DNA of 64,000 nt from positions 86,242,001-86,306,000 of the forward strand of contig OZ024746.1 in NCBI GenBank assembly GCA_964016885.1, read 5' to 3'. The translations under genes were made by a program, and so were the position numbers. Shown here piece by piece: positions 52,189 to 64,000 of this stretch. Source of the stretch: Eledone cirrhosa. Lineage: Eukaryota. The notes below the pieces were generated by a model, which did no database searches, had not been told where the DNA came from, and was given only the letters and a program-made list of their open reading frames with translations. Position 1 is the stretch's first letter, and each line of letters opens with the position of its first letter.

Positions 52189-52330
52189 TTGTTTATACTT
52201 TTTGGCACAAGGCCAGCAATTACCCAGTGCATTACTGGTACTTTATTTTATCGACTCCGTAAGGATGAAATGCATAGTTAACCTCGGCGGGATTTGAACT
52301 CAGAATGGCAAGGGCCGTAACTCTATGCGT
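52189..52330 (-). mobile_element. SINE family 1, 5'-truncated, 19-bp TSD
   Basis: caaagtatttagtaaataa at 52170-52188/52331-52349. Confidence 0.9.
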
Positions 52331-52422
52331 CAAAGTATTTAGTAAATAAAAAATAAATATAATTTTCTAATTCAAAATTCTTGTTAAACATTATCTTCAA
52401 TAATTTCAATATTTTCATAACA

Positions 52423-52838
52423 TTTCTAATGAATCGGTCACTCTCCGACAGGTTTGCGGTCGAGCCCGTGGTAGTGGGGACTTCTGATGTCCTTGGCTCT
52501 AGGGCCACCTCCATGCTCACCACCATCGGCACAGAGTTGGCTACCTGGAGGTGTGAACCTCGCAAGCTGGAATGGCTCTTCCAGAGCGTATCCCTCGCCA
52601 CCCTTCGGGGAAACGCCTTCTCTATTGTGTCCACCGACGCCGCTGGACGGCCAGCGCGAGGGTCCCAATTTGCTCACAATAGTGAGAGATGGGGATAGTG
52701 GGAGAGACGGAGGCAGTGACAATGGGAGTTTGGTCCTTTTATGTTCGGACCTGGTGTATATATGTGTATATAAGAGCGAATGACTCTAAAAGATGTTTCC
52801 TGTAAATAGAATTATACTTTAGTTAAAAAAAAAATCAT
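52423..52838 (+). mobile_element. CRE-like RLE retrotransposon 3' end with poly(A) and ~60-bp flanking direct repeat
   Basis: EPVVVGTSDVLG...EPRKLEWLFQSVSLATLRGNAFSI; A10 at 52825-52834. Confidence 0.7.
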
Positions 52839-52903
52839 TTTTCTAATTCAAAATTCTTGTTAAACATTATCTCAAAAATGTCAATATTTTCATAACAGTT
52901 CAT

Positions 52904-53077
52904 ATAATTGTTTCTACTTTTGGCACACGGCCAGTAATTATCTCAGCACATTACTGGTACTTTATTTTATCGACCCCATAAGGATGGAAGGCAAAGTTAA
53001 CTTCAGCGGGGGATTTGACCTCAGACAGTAAACGCTAAGCATGGCGTCCGACTCTCTACCGATACTGCCAACCCACT
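52904..53077 (-). mobile_element. SINE family 1 with internal deletion
   Basis: Core and A box. Confidence 0.85.
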
Positions 53078-53489
53078 GGTATTACATTTCATATTATATC
53101 GATGTCTAATGAATTCAATAACTCCTATAATATTATCTTTTCTGTTGTATGGATTAATATTTTTATCTTTGCTTTTATATATCCCTATAGACTTGTTAAA
53201 ATATTTATAATATCTGACATAAAATTCCCTTAAATTACATTTACCTATGTAGTTCACAGCTATTTTCATTTTGTTACCATGGAGACAAATATCGCTTATT
53301 ACGTCATCACATCAAAAATCAAAACCCAAACCTACTGATCGTTTTTTTTGTTTTTTTTCGCAAACATCGTAACGATATTCTCAATGGACGCGCTTACAAT
53401 ATTTGAATATAACTGAACCGTCGTGTCATTTAACTTGAAAAGTGGAGCAAAGTAAAAGGAAAATAGTGAATTTGGAGTGTCAATCCCGT

Positions 53490-53520
<31 letters not shown>

Positions 53521-54760
53521 CCAATACCGGACTTACAGTTTTCCAGGATTTATAGACTCATTTGTTTTTAATTTTCCTTCAAAAGGATGGAGGCGTTTTA
53601 ACTCCTCCTTAAACTGACATTACTTAATGATGTTCGTCATCTATGGCTTATTCCTATGTATTATTTCATAACTCTATAGAATGTTTAGAATGTTTGTGCA
53701 GTGTTCTGTGTCCAGCCAGGTTTGTACAACAGGTAAGAAAAATGATGATTCGGTTTCTTCTGATAGGAGCCTCTTCCACGTCAGAAGATCGAAGTGTGTT
53801 TTCTTGTCTTCTTCCATACTTTCAAAAACGGCTTCGGAGATTTAAAATGTATGTTTCCATTGGTGCTTCCATTTCCATACGGTTCTATTGTCTTATTGAT
53901 TTTGGATTCCTGGTGTTGGATTAAATGCTTTAATAATTGTTGTGGCTGGCTTTACAAATGATACTATTCGTTGGTTTCAGTCTACGCCGTTGTTAACTCC
54001 GTAAGGACGAGTATAAACAATTGAAAAGAGGAATAAATTTGCCTCAAAGCAGAATTAAGTCTCGCTGCTTCTGTTGAAACGTTAGATGTATCTTCTTCAC
54101 CTCAAACTAATTTCTATTTTGAATTGTTTATTTATACTCAAGTAACAAAAGATCAATACAATCATACAATACACTGTGTCAACTCTACTTTACAAAGCAC
54201 CAACGAACTAGCTTATATACATCGCTCAATCTGCTAGAAATAGCAGACAAATCTTCCTCATAACGCATGCTACCGTCAAAGAAAAGGAAACATTGGACAA
54301 TGTGAAATGGTCTGCTCTAATTCGTGTGTCTCTCTTGTATTAAGACAGCAAAGTGCGATTTGCTGCTATTTCTAGTAGGTCGAGTGACCATGTAAAGCTG
54401 CATTTTTTAAAAACTAATTATTTAATGTAGATGTTAAGTGATGGAAAAGGTAAAGTGCATGAGAACTTATTGCTGAAAATGGATTTTGTTGTCTCTTAGC
54501 ATTACCCTTTATTGTATACTGCTCCCACTCGTACGTTAGCCCTCATATATATATATATATGAAAATGTTGAAGAGATTTTTTCAGTGAAATATCAAAACA
54601 TTAATTTATTTACAATACCGGTTGCCTCTGCACAGCATGATGTGAAAATGTTTTTTCCAAAGTCTCGTTGATTCATTAGCTGGAGGTTCAGAAAATTATT
54701 TATCAATAGTTTACGGTTGAAAAACAAAGACAACAGTAGTGGAAGATGAACTCAACTCTA

Positions 54761-54982
54761 TAACGTTAGGGTTAAGTGTAAGGTTAACGCTGGGGTTGGG
54801 TTTAGGTGTAAGGTTAACGCTGGGGTTGGGTTTAGGTGTAAGATTAACGCTGGGGTTGGGTTTAGGTGTAAGGTTAACGCTGGGGTTGGGTTTAGGTGTA
54901 AGGTTAACGCTGAGGTTGGGTTTAGGTGTAAGATTAACGCTGGGGTTGGATTTAGGTTTAAGGTTAACATTAGGTTTAGGTT
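54761..54982. repeat. 30-bp minisatellite AGGTTAACGCTGGGGTTGGGTTTAGGTGTA, ~7 copies
   Basis: Direct reading; followed by a 26-bp repeat at ~54997-55101. Confidence 0.92.
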
Positions 54983-55499
54983 TATATATATATGTATACA
55001 TATATATGTATACATATAGACTCATATATATGTATACATATAGACTCTTATATATATGTATACATATAGACTCTTATATATATGTATACATATAGACTCT
55101 TGATCACACATACATTGAACATTGCACGGTCATGTATATGCAGGTGACTTTTCAGACCAGCTTTTGTTTTGCAAGTACGTTCACAGATCTGGCACTTGTC
55201 TGTCTCCTCGCATTACCGGCTCGTGTATGTGTATTATAGTGTAAGTGGCTGAGTATGCCACAGACACGTGTATACACTTAACGTAATTCTAAGGGAGATA
55301 TGGCATGACAGAGTCTGAACAGGCTGCTTCTTTCAATTACAGATACAGTTTATCTGAACACCAAACAGTTTCTGTACACCTAATTTCACTTACAAGGCTT
55401 GGGCTGATCCATATCTACGGTAAATGACACTTGCCTATGATGTCACAGAGTGGGATTGAACCCAAGAAAACATGATTGTGAATCAAACCATGCTGATTC

Positions 55500-56520
55500 C
55501 ATAAGAAGTCAATTTCAAAGGAATGCAGTTCTGGCAGCAAGGATAAAGTAAAATATTTAGTACAGGATTTGGTAGATAAGACAGAGCAAAGTTCATGCTG
55601 CCGTTTGTCGCATTGAAATCTCCATGAAGCAAGATCTTATCCTAATGTGGAATCGCTGTTGTATACCCTCTTAAATCTTGGTAAAAAAAAAACATGATTG
55701 ATTCCAGAGTGGAGGCATACACTGAAAATGACAATCATGAAACTTCCCGTTGAAAGAGGAAATCTCAGATGCATAATTCGATCACCAGTGCCTTGTGGTT
55801 GCTCCAGTCATGTTGTGACATCTGTCCTGACAGAACAACCTACTGCCCAATTCCTTTTCTCCCCATTTGGTTTTCCTTTCCAAAAGAAAGTATAGCCAGC
55901 CCGCCTCTCTGATAGATCACTCTCCCCACTAAGAATTTCAAAGAGAGCAACTATATCAATATTATACCTGCTCAATTTTGTGCGTTCTGGATTTGCGGAT
56001 GATTCTCTGTCAGAAGTGTTCTAACATTCCGTGTAGCAACATTCAATGTAATTCTATTCTTCTGAAAATTCTTCCAAAAATTACTATTCTTCTTCTTGTT
56101 TTTCTTGCCGGTATAAATAGCCGTCAGTCGCAGGTAGCTGACCAGATTGATGGTGAAACAGACAATGTTTGGGTCACCTTTACTAGACCCTTCCCAAGAT
56201 TTGGGTGTGCAGTGTTCTCCTTAGAAAGGGCTGCGCAGTCACAAAAAACTCCGTTCAAGCCAGTTCCTACTCCGAAAACTAGCAACGATGTTAGATAAGC
56301 CTGAAGCCGCCTTCGTACAGATTAGCAACTGTATACCTACAACTCGTTAGGTCTGTATACATCGCTGCTTCCCCATCGTCGCACGATTTTGAAGAGATCT
56401 GCACAAAGAGATCAAAACAGCATGTGCTTGTGCACCCATGCTGTTCTCTAAGTATTAACAGCCAGAATCCAATGACAAGCAGACACAAGATGATTGGTAG
56501 ATGTATCAACCACAGATTTT
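55500..56520 (-). mobile_element. Decayed RTE/BovB-type LINE 5' part (5'UTR + APE endonuclease)
   Basis: Minus strand: LNVATRNVRTL, LSRYNIDIVAL, GYTFFWKGK, DRIMHLR, LLHGDFNA. Confidence 0.8.
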
Positions 56521-56558
56521 TTAGAATGTCTTCGCATGAAAAAAAAGTTAAATGTATA

Positions 56559-56648
<90 letters not shown>

Positions 56649-56659
56649 CACACACGTCA

Positions 56660-57009
56660 CGCAGTAATACAGAAGACCCGACTTCTCACGGGTACAAGCC
56701 GAAACTGAAGCATATAGACAATATTGCCCCACCCCCTCCAACTGCAAAGTGGTCGTGGAGGTGCCACGGCAAAAAAGCACCCAGCCCACACTGTAAAGTG
56801 GACATGTAGGCACCACGGAAAAAAACACCCAACACTCACTGTAAATGAGGTTGGTGTTAGGAAGAGCATCCAGCTGTAGAAATCAAGCCAGAATCAGTTC
56901 CTGTATGAGCAAGACAAAGTCAGCCGACTGGACACTGTTCACAACAGGACAACCCATCTAACCCATGCTAGCGTGGAAGAACGGACGTAAAACGGTGATG
57001 ATGATGATG

Positions 57010-57010
<1 letters not shown>
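56660..57010 (+). mobile_element. SINE-like element with (TGA)n tail
   Basis: gttaggaagagcatccagctgtagaaa...cggacgtaaaacggtgatgatgatga; family not named. Confidence 0.6.
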
Positions 57011-57069
<59 letters not shown>

Positions 57070-57071
<2 letters not shown>

Positions 57072-57543
57072 TAGATTGAGTTAGAAACTCAAAATAGTCT
57101 TTTACAATTAAATAGCTCAAAGAAGGGAATCTTTCCGAGCCGTGTAATATAATTGAATATATGAGAGAGATGAACACAGATACAAGTATACATGTGTTCC
57201 AATTGCAAATGACCGAGTTAGCTTGTGCGTTTATACCCGCGCATCGTTCAGTCTTCTTAGATCCTTTGAAGTGAAAGGTACGAATTTTCCTGGATACCCG
57301 CAGAAAAGCACAGGAATTCTAGCTTTCACTTAATAATCCTTGCGAAACAGATTTACATCTGTCCGGGTATCATAGGCTATTTGCCCGGTATAGGTTTGTT
57401 ATTTTTATTGATTTATAATGTTAAATCATGTCAGGTAAACCATATTGTATTTTTCAATTAGTAGTTTTCAACCATGCTAACTCGGTCATTTGCAATTGGA
57501 ACGCATGTATACTGATATCTGTTTTGATCCCTCTCATATATCC

Positions 57544-57551
<8 letters not shown>
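57070..57551 (-). mobile_element. Old fold-back element (arms ~57147-57225/57473-57551) between (TA)n tracts
   Basis: ttccaattgcaaatgaccgagttagc / gctaactcggtcatttgcaattggaa. Confidence 0.7.
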
Positions 57552-57588
<37 letters not shown>

Positions 57589-57642
57589 GATACACACGCA
57601 CACACACATATATATATATACACACACACATATATATATATC

Positions 57643-57689
<47 letters not shown>

Positions 57690-57696
<7 letters not shown>

Positions 57697-58620
57697 ATGT
57701 ATAATAAACAATACAGTATAATTACCTCATTACCAGAGGTTTCCCGAATAAGACGAATACAAGACACGTCCGCATTCGTGTATGTATGCTTTTGTGCATG
57801 TGGTATTTTTGTCTGTACGTATATATATATATATATATGTGTGTGTATGAGCATGTTTTCTACTTTTTATTCATTTATTTTTTCTATTGTTACTTTATAA
57901 CCCCTCCCACTTACTTTCTCTTTGCCTTAATTTTTTATTCTTTTCTTATATATTATTTCATTAATTTATCATATTTTTATATTTGTATCGACCATTCAGT
58001 CTGACACTGCTTTGACTTTATACACCCTCTTCCCTGTATATATCACATAGATGTATGTGGTTGCGCGTGTGCGTATGTTTATACGCGTGCGTCCTTTCAT
58101 CCTTGTATGTGTATATATTTCAATTCTGAGTCCCTGAGTCTGTATGTACGCTAATTCCATAATCTTACAATTTCTATTTTCAATATATATATGTATATGT
58201 ATTTGTGGTCACACATGCACTGATATGCTTGCCCTCATGTATGTACTTACGAACACATTTTTTCACTATACACATGTACATATGTAATTGCATATACACA
58301 CATTTACACACATCCCTTTACTATATTTCTTTATTTTTATTTTTTATACATCTCTTGTATTATTACTTTTATTTATTTTTTTTGCCCGTTAAACTTTTGC
58401 CTTTCTTGAGGAGATTTTTCAAATATTTCACTGTTTTAAATTGCCTTGTCTGATGAACGAATGCGGACGTGTCTTGTATTCGTCTTATTCGGGAAACCTC
58501 TGGTAATGAGGTAATTATATTGTATTGTTTATTATACATTAAATATTTATCTCTGTAACTTACATAGAGGAGCACTCTTCATTCCTCTGACTTTTTCAAT
58601 TTTCAACTGAAACGTCAATA
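57690..58620 (+). mobile_element. Fold-back PLE-like element (arms 57690-57779/58457-58546, tail to ~58620)
   Basis: 90-bp arms, 1 mismatch; (TA)n flanks; hammerhead core. Confidence 0.75.
58447..58517 (+). ncRNA. Hammerhead ribozyme core (weak stem I)
   Basis: CUGAUGA(58450)-cgaau..ggacg/cgucu..auucg-GAAA-CCUC ugguaau GAGG-UA. Confidence 0.5.
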
Positions 58621-58829
58621 TATATATATATATATAGATATATATATATATATATAAATAGTAATATTCGATTCGTTTGTAATTAATTATGCAAATAACC
58701 TCTTTAAGCCATGTCAGTAGAATGGCTCCGTCATTCTTGCGTGTGTGTCTGTGTATACGCGCCGCGCAAATATCTCACACGCGCCCAAATATACAGATTT
58801 ACATACCCACATAATATATACATATGTAC

Positions 58830-59026
58830 ACATATTGGAGGGCCGTTGACTCTCATGAGTTCCGATGCCCCTTGTCAGGTTTTGTTTTTCAACCTGCAGG
58901 ATGTTCAAGATTACTCTCCTCACCAAGCAAGCTTGGTAGGGTTGACGGTGTAGTCGCCGAGGACCCGAACATGCGACAGATTGTACTGGGCTACATGTTA
59001 CAAGTAGCACTGCACTAAGTAGCGAC

Positions 59027-59028
<2 letters not shown>
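58830..59028 (-). mobile_element. RTE-derived family 5' part
   Basis: Homologous to 28445-28620. Confidence 0.7.
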
Positions 59029-59118
<90 letters not shown>

Positions 59119-60089
59119 CAAGACACTACAGTTTATTCAACTGTAGAAATGAGTTACGACGTAACTGGTGCCAAGCTGTTTCGGCCTTTGCCTTTCTCTT
59201 GGACGACATCGGACACCAGTGGCGTAGAGGGGGGTAGATTTGTATGCATGGGTGACAGAGGGGCTCCCATAAAAACACCATGCTCGGGCTTCTGACTTAG
59301 AGGGGGTCTATCTATGTGAAAAACCCATGGTTATTTCTGACCGAAGGGTGTCTTTTACCCTTTATATATTTATATATAGTTATTCGATGATGCAATGATT
59401 GTATAACATATGTTTATTATATCACATCATTCTGGTTTACTTTAACTGTTTAAATTATCGAAATACAACTTCCATTCGGGAATTATTGATATATTTCATG
59501 AAATAAATTACTCTTTAAAACATCTGAGTCTTCAAAGTTTATACGGTTGTATTGGATGGTCAAGTATGAAATTTGTAGAGATTTGTAGAAAAAAAAATTC
59601 CTACAAATTTCATACTTGATAACCCAATAAAATGCGAAATTCTGCGAATTTGAAGGGAAATAACTCTATAAAAATATACAAATCCTGTTGAAGAACACGG
59701 TAATAGTTGCCTACCCTTGTTTTGTTAATAAGGTTATGCCTAACATTGCATTTATTACGTCACAACTAGAAAATGTTAGTATTATTATCAGTAGTATTAT
59801 TATACGTTAGTATTATTATCAGTGGATTGGCAGTATCGGTAGAGGGTCGGACACTATGCTTTGCAGCATAGAGTGCAAATCTCATGGTCATTCGTGACCG
59901 AAGAGGGTCCTTACCTTTATATGGCTCACTAGTAATGGACTCTGCGTGTTCTAAACTATTGCTGCCATTATTTGACGGCTCGGGTCCATATAAAATATAA
60001 AATTAAGAAAATAGGAAATCTGGATATTCGAAAAGTCCTAGTTAAAGAACTGCTATGTTATATTTGGTCATTGTTGTTGTCGTGGATAG

Positions 60090-60298
60090 AGCAGTGGAGT
60101 GGCAGTATCGGTAGAGGGTCGGCCACCAGGCTATGCAACATAGAGTGACGGCCCTTTACGGTCTGAGTTCAAATCCCGCCGAGGTTAACTTTGCCTCACA
60201 TCCTTACGGAGTCGATAAAATAAAGCACCAGTAATACACTAGGGTCGATTTAATCGACCCCTCCCCCATTACTGGCCTTGTGTCTATACTAGAAATCA
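60090..60298 (+). mobile_element. SINE family 1, full length
   Basis: A/B boxes and core. Confidence 0.88.
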
Positions 60299-60353
60299 TG
60301 ATTGTTGTTTTTGGTGGTGGTGTCGATAATGATGTTGCTGCTTCTGTTGTTTT

Positions 60354-60417
<64 letters not shown>

Positions 60418-60812
60418 TCTGCTCGACCAGACATGTGGATCGTAGCTAGTCGACCAAACACTTAAATGACATCTGCAGATTCATAGCTCTAGATATGTTG
60501 TAAGTGTAAGATAAACCACTCTCCAGAGACACCCGTCTTACTTTCCCTCGACATCCAGATTGTCTCAAACATTTGTCTCCAACAAATTCTAGTCATTCTT
60601 TCCCCCTGGGAGTCAACTCTGAAATTTCCTGTTTGCCTATGTTTTTCCTACATACCTCGACGTATCATATTGATCTCAATAATATCAAGATCCTTGAGCT
60701 TCATTGATAACGGAACAGCCTGCTCTTGAAATTAATTCGTAAGTGGCTGAGCATTCCACAAACATACGTACTTTTAACATATTTATGAGGTGACACAGCG
60801 TGACACAGAATG

Positions 60813-61004
60813 CAAACCTGTCAACTCTCCCTGTCCGACGGGGAGATCTCCCACCCACATTGGGGTGGGTGAGAGATGTCTCCTTATGAAAATGGGTATA
60901 TCTTTCATTATGAAAAATTTCCCCATTTGCCTCATATCTCCCCGTTTGGGGGCTCTTTTTGTCATGGTACTCTCCGTTTGGGGTTTTAGAGGCTGGTAGG
61001 TCTG
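60813..61004. mobile_element. hAT-type MITE (probable), partial copy at 63868-63936
   Basis: Imperfect TIRs caaacctgtcaac / gctggtaggtctg; no clean TSD. Confidence 0.45.
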
Positions 61005-61674
61005 ATATTAATATCATTAATCGCAAAAGATCTTTGAGCGTCTTTAATAACGGAACAGCCTGTTCATTAAGTTAACGCGCAAGTGGCTGAGCATTCCCAA
61101 AACATGCGTACCTTTAACATTCTGAGGGAGATTCAGTGTGACACAGTGTCACAGAATGTGACAAGACTGGCCCTTAGATTTGCGGGTACAAAACCATACA
61201 AAGAGTGTTGCATGCCTCTGTTGCACATGGAGTTCGTTTAATTACACTGGTCAACAAAATTTGGCATTTTTTTCTGCTGTTCTGGAGTAATTGGGGGCCG
61301 CTGAGTGTAAAAATGACAATATTTTTTTACTGTCACATTAAGTTTTTTTTTAAACTATGGGCTGGTCCATAGTTACAAGAGATTTATTGATAAAATAAAG
61401 TGCCAGTCAATTACTAAGATCAATATAATCGACTCCATCACCCACAAATTGTTGGTCTTGTGCCAAAGTTAAAAATTATTAGTAGAAAGTAGATTGCATA
61501 GATTGAAATATGTGTTATAACTGATTATTAAATTTGGCGCAATATATAATTACTTTAAGTATTTTATTAACATATTTGTTTGAAGTGCATTGCTACAGTA
61601 TATAAAGATACTTATAGGCCAGTCGCTACTTAGACAACTGAGTACATTAGAGGATAATGTTGTTGTAGAGGCAC

Positions 61675-61980
61675 TCGGTCGGTTACGACGACGAGTACAT
61701 ATTCCTGTTGATATGATCAACGGAACAGCCTGCTCATGAAATTAACGTGTTCTGTGGCTGAGCATTCCACAAACACGTGTACCTTTAACATAGTTCTTAG
61801 GGAGATTCAGCGTGACACAGAATATGACAAGACTGGCCCTGTGAATTACGGGTCCAACATATTTTTGCCAGCTGAGTGGACTGGAGCAACGTGAAAAAAA
61901 GTGTCTTGCTCAAGGTAATATCGCGCTGCCTGGAATCGAACTCACCACCTTACGATCGTGAGCCGAATACTCTAACCACA
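61675..61980 (-). mobile_element. SINE family 2 (CORE-like), near full length
   Basis: gagttcgattcc B box, ccttgagcaagacact; 3' fragments also at 60700-60812, 61045-61190, 55245-55345. Confidence 0.8.
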
Positions 61981-62196
61981 AAACCAATAAACTATAGTTA
62001 AACCAACCAATATGTAGGCAACCTCAAATATTACTTCACTGATCAAACATATAACACCATCACCTCTAATTAGGCTATAAAATATGAAAAATCGATCACC
62101 GCAAAATTTGCGCATTCTATCTTTTGGACATGACGGTCTCCAATGATTATTTAACCGATCATACATGCTACCGTGTGTCTATTATTGATCAAAATA

Positions 62197-62426
62197 GGGC
62201 GGTGGATTGGCAGAATCGGTAGAGGGTCGGACGCCATGCTGTATAGCATAGAGTTACGGCCCTTTATGATCTGAGTTCAAATCCCGCCGAGGTTAACTGT
62301 GCCTTTCATCCTTACGGAGTCGATAAAACAAAGTACCAGTCACGCACTGGCGTCGATTTAATCCACTTGATTTAATACACTTTCCCCTCTCCTGAAATTG
62401 CTGGCCTTGTGCCTATATAAGAAACC
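62197..62426 (+). mobile_element. SINE family 1, full length, 14-bp TSD
   Basis: attattgatcaaaa at 62181-62194/62427-62440. Confidence 0.9.
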
Positions 62427-62443
62427 ATTATTGATCAAAAGTA

Positions 62444-62596
62444 CTGTATTTCCCGGCCTGGAAGACGCTACATTTTTCAAAAATCTACCATGCGTCCTGG
62501 AGGCCGAAGGTTGTTTATTATTCTTTTTCAAATTTTTGTTGTCAAGATTAGGGTGTGTCCTCGGGGACGAAGCGTCTTCTGCGCCGAGAAATACGG
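62444..62596. mobile_element. pogo/Tigger-type MITE
   Basis: TIRs ctgtatttcccggcctggaagacgc / gcgtcttctgcgccgagaaatacgg, TA flanks. Confidence 0.8.
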
Positions 62597-62709
62597 TATA
62601 TCATTAACACCCCAGAAAATCATGGCTATGAGTAAGGATTTCTATTAACACATAAGTCTTAGATATGTTCATCTTCCAATTGTACAAGACATGGAGAGAG
62701 GGTTAAAAT

Positions 62710-62987
62710 CAAGGTCACATTTAATGGGGGGTAAAGGGGGTAATTGTCCCGGGCCTTGCAGTCGTAGCAATTTATTTGTACCCTTAGCTGGGCTTTTTAG
62801 TTTTAGGATAGTTAGAAGTTTTGAATTTAATACCTGTATGTATAACTTTTCAATTCCAATAATTGTGCCAAGCTAACTTTGATATGTAAAATTGGGGGGT
62901 TTGCTGTGTATTCTAATTATTTTGAGAATGAGGGGCTCCCTCAAACTTGAAGTGCTCCGGAACCCCCAAAGACTCAATCCAACCCTG
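62710..62987. mobile_element. hAT-type MITE
   Basis: Imperfect TIRs caaggtcacatt/aatccaaccctg; 8-bp flanks gttaaaat/attagaat. Confidence 0.55.
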
Positions 62988-63564
62988 ATTAGAATTGATT
63001 ATTATTTGAAAAACATTTAGAAAATACAAACAAATATTCATTTCTAATTAAGGAGGAATTTGGGAGAAAAGCAAAGTTGATTAAATCAATCTCAATATTT
63101 GACTGGTACTTTATTTTATCGACCTCAGATGGCTGAAAGGTAAAGTTGACCCCGGTGGGATTTGAAATCAGGATGTAAAGTGTCAGAAGAGATACTGCAA
63201 TGATAGGAAGAAAAAAACATAACAACACAACAATTCACGGAATGAACAGTTAATTTGAGTAGAAACAATTGACAATAATGTATAAATTCAAGGTAGTTGA
63301 TATACTAGACAACTCTCAGGATGTTTACGATCGGTTTTCAAGGATCTATCTTATATGTATCATCTTTCTATAGTTCAAATGATACCATATTAACACAGGA
63401 ACCTTGACGAAAACTTTGCTTGTCTACCTGAACCTCCCCAAACTCACCAGACCTTTTCACGTGATTCTTAATATATAGGTCATGTGTGAACATTTCTAGC
63501 AGCTGATTCTTTTAACTAGAGCTCACATTAACAGGCATCTGCTCTGCTTCTGACATACTACCAA

Positions 63565-63769
63565 TAATTGTTTCTACCTTTGGCACAAGGCCAGTAATTT
63601 GAAAGGGGAGGGGAGTCGATTAAATTAACCCCAGTAAGTAACTGGTACTTTATTTAATCGACCCCGTAAGCTAACTTCGGCGGGATTTGAACTGAGAACG
63701 TAAAAGGCCGTAACTCTATGCTGTAAAGCATGTTGTCCGATGCTCTACCGATACAGTGAATCCACCGCC
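63565..63769 (-). mobile_element. SINE family 1
   Basis: B box and core with small deletion; older copy at ~63010-63200. Confidence 0.85.
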
Positions 63770-64000
63770 GTTGAATCAGTTGTAATGGCAACACTTCAAA
63801 ATTCATATTTCGCTAAAATGATATGCTTTTAAAAAATTCATTTTACGTATATTTACAAAAATATTTACCTCGTTTTGGGGCACTTTTTTTTCCATGGTAC
63901 TCCCCGTTTAGATTTTTAGAAGTTGGCAGGTCTGGTATTACACTCTTCCGAGACACTTTTCTTGTTATTCGCAGAAATACATCAAGTTGTTTCATTTCAT

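Noticed and set aside
53640-54120. Possible host exon or element 5' end
   Set aside because: No recognisable motif; stops in plausible frames.
59552-59628. ~19-bp inverted repeat
   Set aside because: No ribozyme motif or TA context; likely the centre of an old MITE.

Overview
AT-rich, repeat-saturated animal genomic DNA with no recognisable host gene. The SINE families and extreme microsatellite load suggest a coleoid cephalopod such as Octopus (inference). The window holds Tx1/L1-type, RTE, R4/Dong-like and CRE-like non-LTR retrotransposon pieces, two tRNA-headed SINE families, non-autonomous RTE derivatives, small MITEs and several kb-scale mini/microsatellites. The most striking unexplained structure is a recurrent class of fold-back (inverted-repeat) elements in or beside (TA)n tracts. 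At least 8 occur, with arms of 40-262 bp and one arm extended by a unique tail. Most carry complete, variant or halved minimal hammerhead-ribozyme motifs (CUGANGA...GAAA-palindrome-UH), consistent with Penelope-like-element pseudo-LTRs. Fold-back junctions often fall on the ribozyme's own stem II. All structures were read by eye; nothing was folded, aligned or searched computationally.
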